From Sminthopsis crassicaudata (taxonomy: Eukaryota), in NCBI RefSeq assembly GCF_048593235.1, contig NC_133617.1, positions 51,731,767 through 51,795,766 on the forward strand: a DNA stretch of 64,000 bases, read 5' to 3'. Of the stretch, positions 11,759-44,760 are shown piece by piece; the first letter of the stretch is position 1; each line of letters begins with the position of its first letter. The notes under the pieces were generated by a model that made no database searches, was not told where the DNA came from, and worked only from the letters and a program-made list of their open reading frames with translations. The translations under genes and the position numbers were made by a program.

Positions 11759-13932
11759 GTGAGCCCCCGGGGCGAAGAGGAGAGGGCAGGGAAATGGGCC
11801 TAGGGGAAGTGGGAGTGGGGGTCCGCCGCCGCTGAAGGGCGTGGGGGAGCGGGCGCCTGCACTGTGCGGGAATGGCTGCCTGGGCCTCTTCCTCCCCGGC
11901 TCCCCTGCTCGAGCGCCCTCACGGCCGCCCCAGGGCTCTGACGCCCCCCAGTGGCCGTTGCCCGAAATCCAACCCCGCGCCTTGCTTCTGGTACTCCTGC
12001 CTGAGAGCTCCGCCCCTCCTCTCCCTCACTCTGGCGCCTCCTGGTGGCCGCTGCCCGCGCTCGCCCTCCCACCCCTTCCTCTGGCACCCCTCAGCCTCCC
12101 TGGCCACAAAGTTGCCTGCTTTCGGTTCGCGGCCCCACACCTGTCCTCCCTCTCCCTCCCCCATTCCAGCTGCCCTCTCGGCTGGGGTCACCGGGCCTCG
12201 CAGTCCTGGAACCTGAACCGCACCTATCAGTGACGCGGCTGGGTGACCCCGAGCCAATCAGTCCCGAATCTGCGCCTCAGCCCCCCCGCTGTAAATGTGG
12301 CCTGGGCCCGGAGCCCCTCCAGCTCTGGGTCTCCCTTCCCAGCCCGCGGCCCCGCGCGCCCCCAGCCCTTTTCCGGGTCCTGCAGTTGCTGAAGGCCCGG
12401 CCGACGGGGAGGCCGGACAAGGACGGGACGCAGCCCCTGGGCCGAGCCCTTCCCCCAGCATCCGAGGGCGCCGGTGCCTCATTTGTCCCTCTCGTTCCCA
12501 CAGGGCCACGCCCGAGTGCGGGACCTGCTGCGGCAGCTTCAGGACCTTCAGGCGGAGCGCTCTGAGGCCTTTGGACTCCTGGACCAGTTAGTGGGCTCGG
12601 GCCCTGGGGAGGGGCTGCTGGGGAGGTGCGGAGGCAGAGGGGACGGCGCCCCCTGGCTTCTCCTCCTGGCATGACCCTCGCCGCTTCCGCAGGGGTCACC
12701 AGGCCTACCTGAGCAGCGGGCCCCACTACGACTTCCCTCGCTACCGGCAGCTGGTGCACGAGGTGACCAAGGCCTTCGCCAGCATCTCCCGAGAGGTGCT
12801 GGCCATCCAGAAGCAGCTCAGGGACACCCACGGGCGGCCCGACCTGGCCCAGCACCTGGCCTGTCTGCAGGAGCAGGAGCACCGGCGCCTGGAGCTGGTC
12901 AGCCTTCTCCTCCCCTCCCCCCAGCCCCGCGAGCTCGGGCCCATCCGCTCTAGCCCTTCACTGCCTGCGCCCGGTCTCCTATCCCTGGGGGTGCGTGGGG
13001 AGGCGGGCAGTGACTCAGACAGCTCTCCCCCCCAGACTGCCGCTCTCCAGCTGGCCCGGCAGAAGGCCCAAGAGGAGCCAGAGGCCGCAGCCCCCAGAGA
13101 GGAGGTTCAAGAACTGCGCCAGAGGTGGGAGCCAGAGGGCCGGGGGCAGCCTGCGCTCCCCTCCCCCCCTTGTCTCTCCCTTCCCAACGCGTCCACAACA
13201 TGCAGTACAAACACACAAGTGCTCTGCTCTGCGGGCTCTCCACACTCGGAGCCTCCAGCACCGGGGCTTCCCCTAGCGCACGCAGGCACACCTTCCCACG
13301 CACACACACGCACACACAGGGCCCTCCACAGCTCACCCCCTGCCATTCCTCCCTCTCTGTGGCCCTGCCCCGTGGCCCTGCCCTGGGCCTCCAGCCCTCG
13401 CTTCTCCTGGGGCTCCCTCCTGGCTCTTTCCCCAGTCCCAGGCTGCCACCTCGGGCTTGGTCCCCCTCCTCTCCGCTCCCCCTCCTCCTCGCATCTCACG
13501 TGCCACTGACTTGGTGGGCTGGGGGCCGGGGCACCGTTTGGGCAACGCCCTCGGCCCAGGGAGGGCGGGTGCTGGGGCCACGGCCCTCACCCTCCACAGA
13601 GTTGGGAAGCCAGCCGCCTCTTGCCGCCAGCCCCGTCCTCCGCGTGCCCGGGGCCCTTCCGTGCCCCCTGAGCCCAGCTCGGGGCGGCAGGAGGCCCCAG
13701 TGGTGTGGGCGGGCTGGCCTGCTTAGCTCTACCACCCTGCACAGGGCTCGATCGCCTTCTCCAGGGCCGAGCGTTGCATAAACAGGCCTTCTTGAGCTGC
13801 ACGGTCGGGATAATTCGATCCATCTGGATCTTATTTATAGTTTCCATCCGCTCTTGTAGGATAATTAAAACCATGGAGGTAATCAGTGAGATTGTCCAGG
13901 ACCTGAAGTATGATTCGGAAGAGGCTGAGTGA
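11669..13932 (+). CDS. REX1BD: Required for excision 1-B domain protein (C19orf60), 179 aa; join(11669..11758,12504..12586,12693..12897,13036..13124,13860..13932)
   Basis: 540 nt in frame across GT-AG introns; LQDLQAERSEAF, GHQAYLSSGPHYDFPRYRQLVHEVTKAF, IIKTMEVISEIVQDLKYDSEEAE* match recalled REX1BD motifs; lies between UBA52 and CRLF1. Confidence 0.93.
12504..12586 (+). CDS. REX1BD: REX1BD exon 2
   Basis: ttcccacag|GGC CAC; GHARVRDLLRQLQDLQAERSEAFGLLD; donor CA|GTTAGT. Confidence 0.92.
12693..12897 (+). CDS. REX1BD: REX1BD exon 3
   Basis: ttccgcag|G GGT CAC; GHQAYL...EHRRLEL; donor CTG|GTCAGC. Confidence 0.93.
13036..13124 (+). CDS. REX1BD: REX1BD exon 4
   Basis: cccccag|ACT GCC; TAALQLARQKAQEEPEAAAPREEVQELRQ; donor AG|GTGGGA. 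Confidence 0.88.
13860..13932 (+). CDS. REX1BD: REX1BD exon 5
   Basis: ctcttgtag|G ATA ATT; IIKTMEVISEIVQDLKYDSEEAE*. Confidence 0.94.
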
Positions 13933-14155
13933 TGTTTGGCCCCGAGGGAGATGGGAAACGCCAGAAGGAGAGGCGCCCCTCAGCCTCCTCTGGGGTCACC
14001 GGGCTGGGGGATGGGAGGCCTGCTCCCCCCCTCTGGTCGGCATCCTCCCCCTGGGATGCCCCCGGACTGAGCCCTGCCGTGGGAGGAGGCCATCTCTTTG
14101 TGGCCCTGGGGGCAGCGTCCCCACTGGGCCCCTGCCGGTCCCATCTGTGTGCCAC

Positions 14156-14161
14156 AATAAA
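14156..14161 (+). terminator. REX1BD poly(A) signal
   Basis: AATAAA about 220 nt after the stop. Confidence 0.75.
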
Positions 14162-14759
14162 GCCATCTCCTTTCTCCCCCTCTTCTCTTTATTCCTCCTT
14201 GGGATTTGGTTGCAAGTCTTGGTGGGGGTCTTCAGCTTACCCTCCAAGTACAGCAGAGAGGAGCGGGAGTGTGGATTTAGAATACAGACTCCACTTTGGA
14301 GGCTCCGGAGGCCAAGCCTTTCATCTCACAGTGAAGGAAAATTGTAGGGCTCTGCGCACGACAGTTGACTGGCCCGAAGTCACCCAGGAATGGGCTTTAG
14401 ATGCCATTGTTTGATGCCGGGAGATGGGAGGGGGCTGGGCAGTAAGGTTGGACCTGCGTGTGGGGGAGCTGTAGTGGGGGCTGGGGCAGGGAGGGGGCAG
14501 CTCCCTGAGTTTTGCTGCTGCTCCCTCACCTGAGAAGAACCTGGCTCCCAGAGCCAGAAGGAATGGCGGAAGTTTGGTCCCCAGGGCCTGTTGAGATCCC
14601 TGGCACTGGCCAGCCAAGTGGCTTCAGAGGGCTTGCCGCAGAAGTGCCGGCGCAGAGATCTTAGCATTCCGAGTTCCTTTTAGAGCAGCTCTGGCCCAGA
14701 TGCCGTCTTCTCCCACCCCCCACTTGTCACTCACAAACAGCTTCACCAAAAATAAGTCG

Positions 14760-14765
14760 TTTATT
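14760..14765 (-). terminator. CRLF1 poly(A) signal
   Basis: TTTATT on + (AATAAA on -), about 420 nt past the CRLF1 stop. Confidence 0.7.
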
Positions 14766-15186
14766 TATAAGAATCTTTTGACAGAGAATTGGGCAGAAGC
14801 AGGAGGGGCTGTGGGTACCGAAAGAGGCAGGGGCCTGGTCTCTCCCCACTCCCATCCCCCAAACCCTGCCTTGTTCTGTTCCCACACTGCTCCTGTTCTT
14901 CAGGACAGCTCCTTGCCAGACAGCCGAGGTGGCTGATGGCTCCGAAGAAGCCTGGGCTGCCCGTGTTGGGAACGGGCCCAGGCAAGGGAGGGATCGCCAG
15001 GCAAGGAGTGGGGGGCTGGGGCTTAGGTGGGCACCCTGTACCCTGGATGAACCCACAGTTCCAGTGCTTGGGAGAACTTGGGGGAGGGGTCCCCAGATGT
15101 CCCCCATCCGTGTTTTGTAGACTCTTTGAAGGGGGCATTAGGGTAGGCAGATGCCCTCCTGGCCCAGGACCTAGGATCGCTACAGT

Positions 15187-32041
<16,855 letters not shown>

Positions 32042-35000
32042 CCGGCGGCCCCGGGCTCGGGGGAAAAGCAGGTCCACCGGGACTCGGGAACAGGGAGTAG
32101 GGGAGCGGGAGGCGGCGAGTGGCCAGGGGAGAAGGAGACGGGCGCGCGGAGCCGCAACAAGTTTCGGAGAGTCCGGGGCAAGTCTGAGCAACCGAAATTG
32201 ACAAGCTGCTAATGCTCCTCTGGCCCCGCCCTGCCCCGCCCCCGGGGGGGCCTGAAATTAACAAGCCCTCCACTGCTGGGACTCCAGACTCCTCTCACTG
32301 TCCCCCTCTCTCCACTGCCCCCTCCCGCTTTCCTCCTCCTTTCTCTCCTCCTCCCCTTCCTCAGCCTCCCCCCAACCCCCAGCCCAGCCTCCCCCTGCGC
32401 CCTCCCTCCCCCTTGCGCCTTGCTCTGATGGGGGGGGTGCTGTTCATTGGAAGGGGGGGGGAAGAAAAAGATACAAAACTCAGGAAAGAAAAGGAGGGAG
32501 GGAGAAAAGTTCAAACCCACTTAGTGACATTAGCTGAGCGGCTCCTTCTCCTGTTACCTCAGCCCAAGCGGCCCCGACGTGACGCAAGCCGGGGACGAAA
32601 GACGGCTCGGCTAGAGGCTCCAAGGTCGGACTGCCCCAGGGAGGGGACCCGAAACACACCCTCAAATACACCCCCCGGGCCCGCCCAAGGAATGAGGGTG
32701 AGGGGGGGTTTCCTGCAGGAAGGATGTCATCTGGGCCGAGCTTCTCCCCTCTCTCTCGCTCTTCTCTGTCAGTGCTTGGACTCTGGCTCTCCTTTCTCCC
32801 CACTCGGAAAAATCCACTCAGCGAGGTTCCCGAGGGCCGGGCCGGGTGAGGGCCCGGACCGGGGGTGGCGCGCAGGTGAGTAATAGTCAGGAGGTGCATC
32901 CACACCCTAACTGCAGGTAGCACCGCCAGCCCAAAGCAACGTTTTTCTTTCCCTCACTTAAAAATTTTTTAAGTTTTCGTTTTTATTTTCTCCCCCCCCC
33001 CTCCGCCCGAGGTCTCTTCCTCAGAGCCCGAGTCCCCCCATTCCCTTCTTTGTCACGCACGCACCACACCCCAGCTTGTCCTCAGGCCCTTGGGACGCGG
33101 GCTCAGACGCAAAACTCTGCAATAAACAAACATTAAGGGGGAGGGGGATTTCCCAGCCGCTCCTTGCCTTTAGTTGGGTCCCTGCAGCCCATTTAATAAC
33201 ACCCCCTCCAGCTCTGTCCATAGGTCGGGGAGCCGTGACCCCGAGGGCCGATGGTGACACAGATCCATCTGGGTTCTTCCCCTCAAATTGCCCAGTTACT
33301 CCCATTCCGGGGTGGGGGGGGGCGGGGGAGGCTTGGCGCAAAGGCTGCCTGCCCACGCCTTCCCCTGGAATACACGCCCGTTGCATCCAGCCCGTTCCCC
33401 GGAAAGGTTCTCGACCCAGGCTTGCTTCCCTCCGCTTGACGTGGCTGCTCCCGGCCCCGGCCCCCCGGGCTGGGTCCTAGCCGGGCCCCGCCTGGAGCGC
33501 ACCCCCAGCCAGCCGGGTGTGGAGGATGGGAGGGAGAGAGGAAGCGAGGGAGCAAGCAGGCTCGTGAGTGCGCTCTTGGGGCACCTGCCCCCTGCCACAG
33601 AGTTAGTCTGGAAGCCGACTGGCCGCGCGGGGTGGGGATGGGGGTGTGCAGGAAAAGAGAGACTTTCTTTGAGCCCTTCCTTCTCAGTTCGTAGGGAGCT
33701 ACGGGGGCCCGGAGACCGGAGTGCGGTCAGTCATCCGCCAAGCGGCTGCACGGTGCAGCAGTTCGAGACTTTACCCATCTCCCCAGCTCAGACCCCGCAG
33801 CTTCCCCCTCTTCCTCCCAGCCTCGTGGATCGGGATCGGAGCACTGTGGGCGCGTTCGTCCCGGACGGTCAGCAGCGCTGACGTGAAGACTCGCGGGCAC
33901 CTTGCCCTGCAGCCGTGTCTTGTGAAAGAGCCGGAAGATGGAGGCGGCCAGGGGTCCCAGAGGAGGCGAGAGCTGGGGTGGGGGCGGGGGGACTATAGAA
34001 GGAGACCAACAGGTTCGAGGGTTAGGAGGGCTTCGGTTTAGGAACCCCGGCCAGAGTTTGGGGGAGAATACCCTGCCTATGGATTCCTAAAGCTGGGAGC
34101 GATCTGGGAGGAAACACTCCTCCATTTTACAGAGAGGGAAACTGAGGTGCAGAGGGGGAAAAGCGGCATTCCGGAGGTCACACAGTGAATCAAAGGCAGA
34201 GCCACGACTCAAACCGAGATTTCCGTGAATCCCTCTGCCAGCAGCATCCCGCGGTGACCACCAGCAAACTGGGGCGAACACAGCACCCTCTACTGGAATC
34301 AGGGAAATTCCCGGGTCCGGATCATCCCTAGGAAAGGGAGAAGGGAAGGAGAAAAATGAGTTTCTCCCTCTTCCCCCCATCTTGAAAGCAAGTGAAACTG
34401 GAAAAGAAGAAGAGATCACTCATTTCAGCAAATATTTATTAAAGGACCACTTTATGCTGATTCTGAAGCTATAAAGACGAAATCCAAAGAGATCCTTGTC
34501 ATTAAGGAGTTTACGTTCTACTGAGGAGAAATACAGGAAAAGTGAAGGGGAAGGGCATCAACAACTGAGGGGGGGGGGCTAGATTTCATCCAAAAGTGGT
34601 CACCAGAGTGATCCCAGAAGCCCTAGAAAAGGCATTTCATGAATGCTTGAGATACAATGAAGAACTGACACAACGTTGAACTGAATGACTTCCCAAGGTC
34701 TCCCCCTTTGTGATATTCTGCAGTCTAAGGGTCCTCCTGGCTCTGACACTTTGTGTTCTAAAGCCCCTCTGGCTCTGACAGTCTAGGCTCTTAGAATTCT
34801 TATTAGGTCTGCCAGTCTGTTATTGTACAGCCCCTTACAACTTTGACAATTTGTTCAGCGGACTCTTCCAGGTCTGATATTTCAAATTCTAAGAGCCTAA
34901 GTGGATTCAAGTCCTCCCCACTCTGTTGAGAAACAACTATTTTGAGGAACACCATTCAATAATGTTTATGAATCGCCTAAAATGTCTACATTTATTAATC

Positions 35001-35120
35001 ACCTACACTGTGGGTATGAAAAAGCTGGACTGATTGTGTGTTCATAAGCCTCAGACTTTATAGGATAATATACTGGCAAATACTGTAAGGGTCACTTAAG
35101 CCTAATCTCATTTTATATCT

Positions 35121-35425
35121 NNNNNNNNNNNNNNNNNNNNNNNNNNNNNNNNNNNNNNNNNNNNNNNNNNNNNNNNNNNNNNNNNNNNNNNNNNNNNNNN
35201 NNNNNNNNNNNNNNNNNNNNNNNNNNNNNNNNNNNNNNNNNNNNNNNNNNNNNNNNNNNNNNNNNNNNNNNNNNNNNNNNNNNNNNNNNNNNNNNNNNNN
35301 NNNNNNNNNNNNNNNNNNNNNNNNNNNNNNNNNNNNNNNNNNNNNNNNNNNNNNNNNNNNNNNNNNNNNNNNNNNNNNNNNNNNNNNNNNNNNNNNNNNN
35401 NNNNNNNNNNNNNNNNNNNNNNNNN
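35121..35425. other. Assembly gap (305 N)
   Basis: N run. Confidence 1.
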
Positions 35426-35699
35426 AGGAGGCTCAGAGAAAGTGACTAGCCCAAATTTGGAGGCCTCTTTCTACAAACCCAGTTTTTCAGTATCAGCTAT
35501 CTTAAATCAGGCATTAGTTTTTCCCAGTCTGGGCAACAAGAGTTTTTCCTGCCTCTTCTCACTTCGGTTTCCACTTACTGTGCTACACCCCTGGGACAAT
35601 ATTTAAGAACTCTGGGATCCCTCAATCCGTCCAGTTCCTTGTTCTAGGATCTAACAGTTACATACTAGCAAGGTTTCTGAAATGTTTTTCATCTTCTTG

Positions 35700-35925
35700 A
35701 AGATGAGCTGGGTGTCTCAGTGGATAGAGCACCGGGCTTGGAGTTCGGACCTGAATTGGAATCTGGCTCAGACTCTTACTAGCTGGGCAAGTCACTTAAT
35801 CTTGTTTCCCTCAGTTTCCCTATCTGTAAAAGGAGTTGCAGAAGGAAATGGCAAACCACTCCAGTAATCTTTGCCAAGAATGCCCAGATGGGGTCAGGAA
35901 GAGTAGGTTCTGAATCCTAACAACA
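35700..35925 (+). mobile_element. Mar1-like CORE-SINE with RTE-type tail
   Basis: cagtggatagagcaccgggcttggag...gaaggaaatggcaaaccactccagtaatctttgccaagaa. Confidence 0.75.
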
Positions 35926-36199
35926 GTCCTCTCCCCCACGGCTTAAACTCACCTAGGTAAAACAGTTGATATTTACTCTTAGCCAATACCCGCCCCCAAT
36001 ACCGAAGGTCTTGCTGCTTTTCTTTACCCAAAGGGCTTACCCCGACCCGCCGCAGTTAAAGACTTTTCGTTGAGCTCTGGGTTGTCCTCAGTCAGGTCTC
36101 CAGTGACCCAGCACAGTCTAGGGCTGAGGGTTTTTTTTGGGGGGGATTGAGTTTTCGACCTCCGTGCCTGTAGTTTAACCCCTCCCTCCTCACTGAACC

Positions 36200-37750
36200 C
36201 AGGGAGTGGAAGAAATTCCTCAAATATTGACCCAAGTCCTCGAAGCTTGGGCCCGGGTTAGGAGGAATTCGCCTCCCCCGCCTCCTACCCGGAGGCACTG
36301 CCCATTTCTCGCCAGCCTTGCCCCCGAGAGGGGTCATATCTGGCTCCAGACCTTGGGCCGCGGAGCCAGGATCCGGCGGGGTTTCGGGAAAGGGCCAGAA
36401 CGCCCAGATCCCTTTTGCCAGGCTCCTAGGTCTTCCAAAAGCGCAAACCCCTTGATTCAGCGGAGCCGGTGGAGAAAGAGGCTAGGCCTGGGGCTGGTCA
36501 GGCGCGTTCCAGGGACCCTAAGCCAGTCTCCCCTCCCTCCGGGCTCTTTATAAATGAGGTGGTTACACCTTAAGATCTCTGGCCCTAAGAGATTCTTGTG
36601 TTTCTGTGCCGGGGAAGGCCCGGCGCTCCAGGGCTGGACCCTGGACCCGCTTCAGCTTCTCTCTTTGGGAAAGTCCCGCCAGGCTCCTTAAGCCTTTAAA
36701 TCGCCTTCTAGAGGCTGCGGATATCGCGGAGCCTTGAGCTCTCCCGGATAGAGACTCTTCCTATTATGGGATTAGGACCAAGGTTAGGTTCCCGAGTTAG
36801 GTTCTTTAGCGGTTCTAGCTGATCCAGATAGCCCCAGGGGGCCCAGCGGTGGAGGAGGGTGCAGGCAGGAGGCCGGAGGGTGGGGGGACGAGTCGGGAGA
36901 CTACGTGCGTTTGGGAGGCGCAAAGCTGTTGGAGGCCCCGCACGGGGGGTAGAGGTTGAGTTCTTCTCTCTTCACGCCGGGCCCTCGCCCCATCTAGGGT
37001 CCCGGAGAGAAGTAGGCAGGTGAGGTGGAAGTGTACTTCAGGCGGCCTCTGCTCCCGCCATACTTCCCCTCCCGCCCTCCTCGGGGACCTCACGACTCCC
37101 TTTCACTCTTTAAGCCGATCGCCTGCCGGCTGGGTGAGTGGCGCCTCTGTAGTGTTAGGGCCCCGGCCTCCACCCCCTGGCCCCCGGGTATCGGCGCTCT
37201 AGCCTGGAGCAGAGGGAGTGAGGGAGCCCGGACGCTGGACAAAGAGCGGCTTGTCCAGATACTGGAGTCTGCTCTCTCAGAGGGTGACATCAACTTTAGG
37301 CTAGGGCCCGGGTGGGAAGGGGCGGGAAGGAGACACCCAGGCTTTTCCCGGATGGCTTGACTGTGTCGTCCAGACGCAGCCCCGGAGACACGTGCTACCT
37401 AGTCCTTGGATCTCCCCCCTGGAAGCACGACCCCGAGGTTATTACCCCGGAAAGAGCCCAGTGGCCCCAAAGCAGCCTTGCTTCTGGAGTTCCGGAGTCG
37501 TCGGGGAACGGTCTTTGCGCAAAGCTGATAGGGTCTTCTCCCGAAGGACTAGTGGCCCCCCAACCCTGCTTCAGCTCAGAAACGGGCGAGGCGCCCCTGG
37601 GGGTAGGAAGTGGGAGGGGGGTAAGGGGCGGCGCAGAAGAAACTTTCCCTCTTAAGCCCCTGAGGAATGTCGGCGGATTTCCTGAAATCCGACCCCGAGG
37701 CCGCGCAGCGTTCCCCTGCCCCCCTCACCTGGACTAGCTCTCGGGGTGGG
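36200..37750. promoter_or_regulatory. Orphan CpG/GC-rich island between CRLF1 and TMEM59L
   Basis: Many CpGs and several strong splice-donor-like motifs; no recognisable protein homology. Confidence 0.55.
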
Positions 37751-39138
37751 GTGGGGGTGGGGAGCGCTGATTTGGGAAAGGGAGACGGTTGCTGGCCAGA
37801 GGGGAGGCAGCTGCTGCGGCTGACAGGAGGAAAGAAGAGCTCACCTGAGCCCAGGACCATGGAATTTAGGGTCCCTTTCGCTGCTTCCCACCTACTTTTC
37901 GATCCACATTTGACCAGTCCGGGAACAAGAGAAACTGAGGCAGGCAACATGGGAACGCTTCTTCAATGCCTTCTCCAGACGCTGTACTGCAATCACGGGG
38001 ACTGGGAGGGGGTGCCTGAAAGGGAGCTCTGTTTGGGGGCACTCCTCCAGTTCCGAGCTGATGATGAGAAGAACAGGGGGAGGCCGCGAGCCCTGGGGAG
38101 ACCGAGGGCCATGCAGCTCCTGATCCCGCTCCCCGCTGCTTTGGGGCTAGACAGGAGACCAAAGCCAGATGTGCGGGCTTGCAGGTTACATTCCAGCTGC
38201 GCCCGACACAGCCGCGGCTGATTAAGCCATCTGGGGACTGGGCGGGGGGAGATGAAAGGCGGGAGCTGGGCTGGGGGAGGGGGTAGTACACCCGGCCTCC
38301 CGCTTGAAGCCTGCCCCTTTTCTCCCCCCCCCCCCTTTCTCCGCTCCTCTCTTTTTCCTCTAGCGGGAGGCACCTCTGGAGGCCTCTGACCTGAGGCATC
38401 TTTGAGTATAGAGTCAGAAGTCTTGCCCCCGAGATGAAGGGGCAGCACCTGCGCACGTGGCTGACTGGAGAATCCCTTTGGCTCCGGGGAACAGCCCAGA
38501 AAAGGGCCCCTGGCCAGCTCTGCCCTGACCTGGGACCACCTAGTCCGGTTCTGGGGCTCTCGTGTCAGACGTCCCTACACCGGCCCGGAGCTTCTCTTTC
38601 CCGAGGGAGGGAAGGAGGCGTGAAGGGAGCTTCCTTTGGGAAGGGCTCCTCAGTGCTAGGGCGGGGAAGACCGGCCGCTTCCTGGCGTCCAGGGCCAGTT
38701 CAGGACAAATTGCAAGGTACAGATGTGTTGGTATGGTGGTGGAAGTAAAGGAAGGATTCCTTCGGGGCGAAATGTCCCTATCCCTCGCTCCTCTCTCCCT
38801 GCTCTCAATTTGTCATATTACCCCACCCATTCATCCGATTTGGGGGTTCAAGGCACGGCCAAGAGCCGTCCTCTGGCCCTGGTCCCCTCCCTTTTCTCCT
38901 AGAGTTTCGCTGTTCTTCTGGAAGCAGCTAATGGAAACCCCCGGCTTCACATGCAGGAGTTAGGCAGGGGCCAGTGAAGCCAAAGGAGCATAAATGGCAT
39001 GCCCCCGGCCCAAGAGGGGTTCCTAAACTCCTTTCTAGCCTCCTCGTGTCCTCCAAATTCTTTACCTCCCGGTTTCTGGTCTCCATCTCTCCCCATCCCC
39101 CCCCCCACTGTCTCCCAGGCTCCCTTGCTCAGGGACGA

Positions 39139-39146
39139 TGACGTCA
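39139..39146. promoter_or_regulatory. Full palindromic CRE in the TMEM59L proximal promoter
   Basis: TGACGTCA ending about 93 nt before the ATG, inside a CpG island (about 38450-40350). Confidence 0.75.
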
Positions 39147-39238
39147 CACCCCAGCCCCCCGCGCGCCCCTCACTGAGCTGCTGGTTCTGTCTCTGGTCAG
39201 ACCCCACGCGCCCCCGGACCCCGATCCCCGCGCTCGCC

Positions 39239-43381
<4,143 letters not shown>

Positions 43382-44066
43382 ATCCCTGGAGCTGGAGTTG
43401 TCCCTTTCTGCAAACATCCGTCCACAGAAGTCTCAATGATAAGGGAGAGGGAGAGGGAGAGATTTGGGGCTCCCATCTCTCTGGGCCATGAAGACAGCTC
43501 CCCTCCACTCTGCCCAGAACCCCCTGGGTCTAGAAAAGTCCCCTCAAGGAATAATCCCCAAATAGGCCCCCTCTTCTCCAGTGCCTGCTGTTCAGGGATG
43601 TGTAGGTATGAATGGGGGGGGGGGTTTTGATCTGAGTTGGGATAGGACTGGAAGAGGGTCTTGGCTTCCTGCTCCCCCCCCTCCTTTCCCCCTTTAGTCA
43701 TCCCACATTACTCCCAGCCCAGTGTAGCTCAGCATGTGAGTTTTGGCCCAGTCCTCCTCCCTTTCCCACCCCGAGCCACTCACCCAAAGGGCATCTGGAC
43801 CCAGTCAAAGCTGATTTCTTTTCCTTCTCTTCCCATTCCCTTCTCCCTTCCTTCCACTCTAGATTAATTTATTATTATTTTCTAACTTGTGACCCTCTGC
43901 CCTTCTGACTCGTTTTCTCCCGTTCTCTTGGACTAGGCTTAGTTGGGGGAGGGATGAGTTCTTGGGACCCCCCCACTCCCCGTCTACCAGTCAGTGACAC
44001 TAGACAGCTAGCTAAAGGCTGGAGTGGGTGGGGCTGTTGCTGGGGTGAGAGGAATAATAGGGAGTG

Positions 44067-44072
44067 AATAAA
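44067..44072 (+). terminator. TMEM59L poly(A) signal
   Basis: AATAAA about 690 nt after the stop, followed by GT-rich sequence. Confidence 0.75.
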
Positions 44073-44115
44073 ATCTTTATAACTGACATTTTGAGTCCAG
44101 AATTTGTGGTTGGTG

Positions 44116-44116
<1 letters not shown>

Positions 44117-44174
<58 letters not shown>
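44117..44174. repeat. (TG)29 microsatellite
   Basis: Perfect TG run. Confidence 0.98.
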
Positions 44175-44175
<1 letters not shown>

Positions 44176-44639
44176 CTGGGCCATGAGGCTGGGACTTAGG
44201 AAACAAAGGCACCAATAAGAGAATTTCCAATGTTCGGGAATAACCCCTTCCCAGCCATTCTTGTGGCTTAAACCCCAAAGTATTCAGCCCATGGCACGGC
44301 CTTGGTGAGGGAGGGAGACAGGCCGGAGGCGTCTCGGAAAGGTCATCCAGGCCAGTTGTCAACTAGCCCTCTGTGCCGGGGAAGGCAAGAAACGAGTTTG
44401 TCCCCTCAAGGAGCTTCCAGTCTCATGGGAAAGCCATCCAGGAGACTGTGGGAGAAGGCAGTCTCTGAGGAAAGGGCTAGGAAGGCTGGGAACTGAAATA
44501 CTTCCTTCGGATTCTATGATGTGGGGGCATCTTTCGGGAGCTCAGCATTCCCCCGAGGACCCCAGAGCGGGAATATGCCCCGGATTCTAGAGAGAAAGGG
44601 CGTTTCCTTGTTTTGTGTCACTTCCCATTTGGTGCTTTG

Positions 44640-44760
44640 TCCCCAGGAGGGGGGTGTTTTTTGGGTGGCAGTGGGTGTTGAGTGCCTAGGCCAGTGTCTG
44701 AGGCTGGATTTGAACTCTGTTCCTCTGGATGCAAGGGCTGGTGCTCTATCTGCACACCTA
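44640..44760 (-). mobile_element. WSINE1/Mar-like SINE, degraded
   Basis: gtgtctgaggctggatttgaactc...ggctggtgctctatctgcac. Confidence 0.65.

Larger units (their letters stand above)
11520..13150. promoter_or_regulatory. CpG island over the REX1BD promoter and 5' exons
   Basis: High GC and CpG density by inspection; GC boxes GGGGCGGGGCGGGG near 11523. Confidence 0.75.

Noticed and set aside
39160-39205. RE1/REST silencer in the TMEM59L promoter
   Set aside because: Only a weak partial resemblance to the 21-bp consensus
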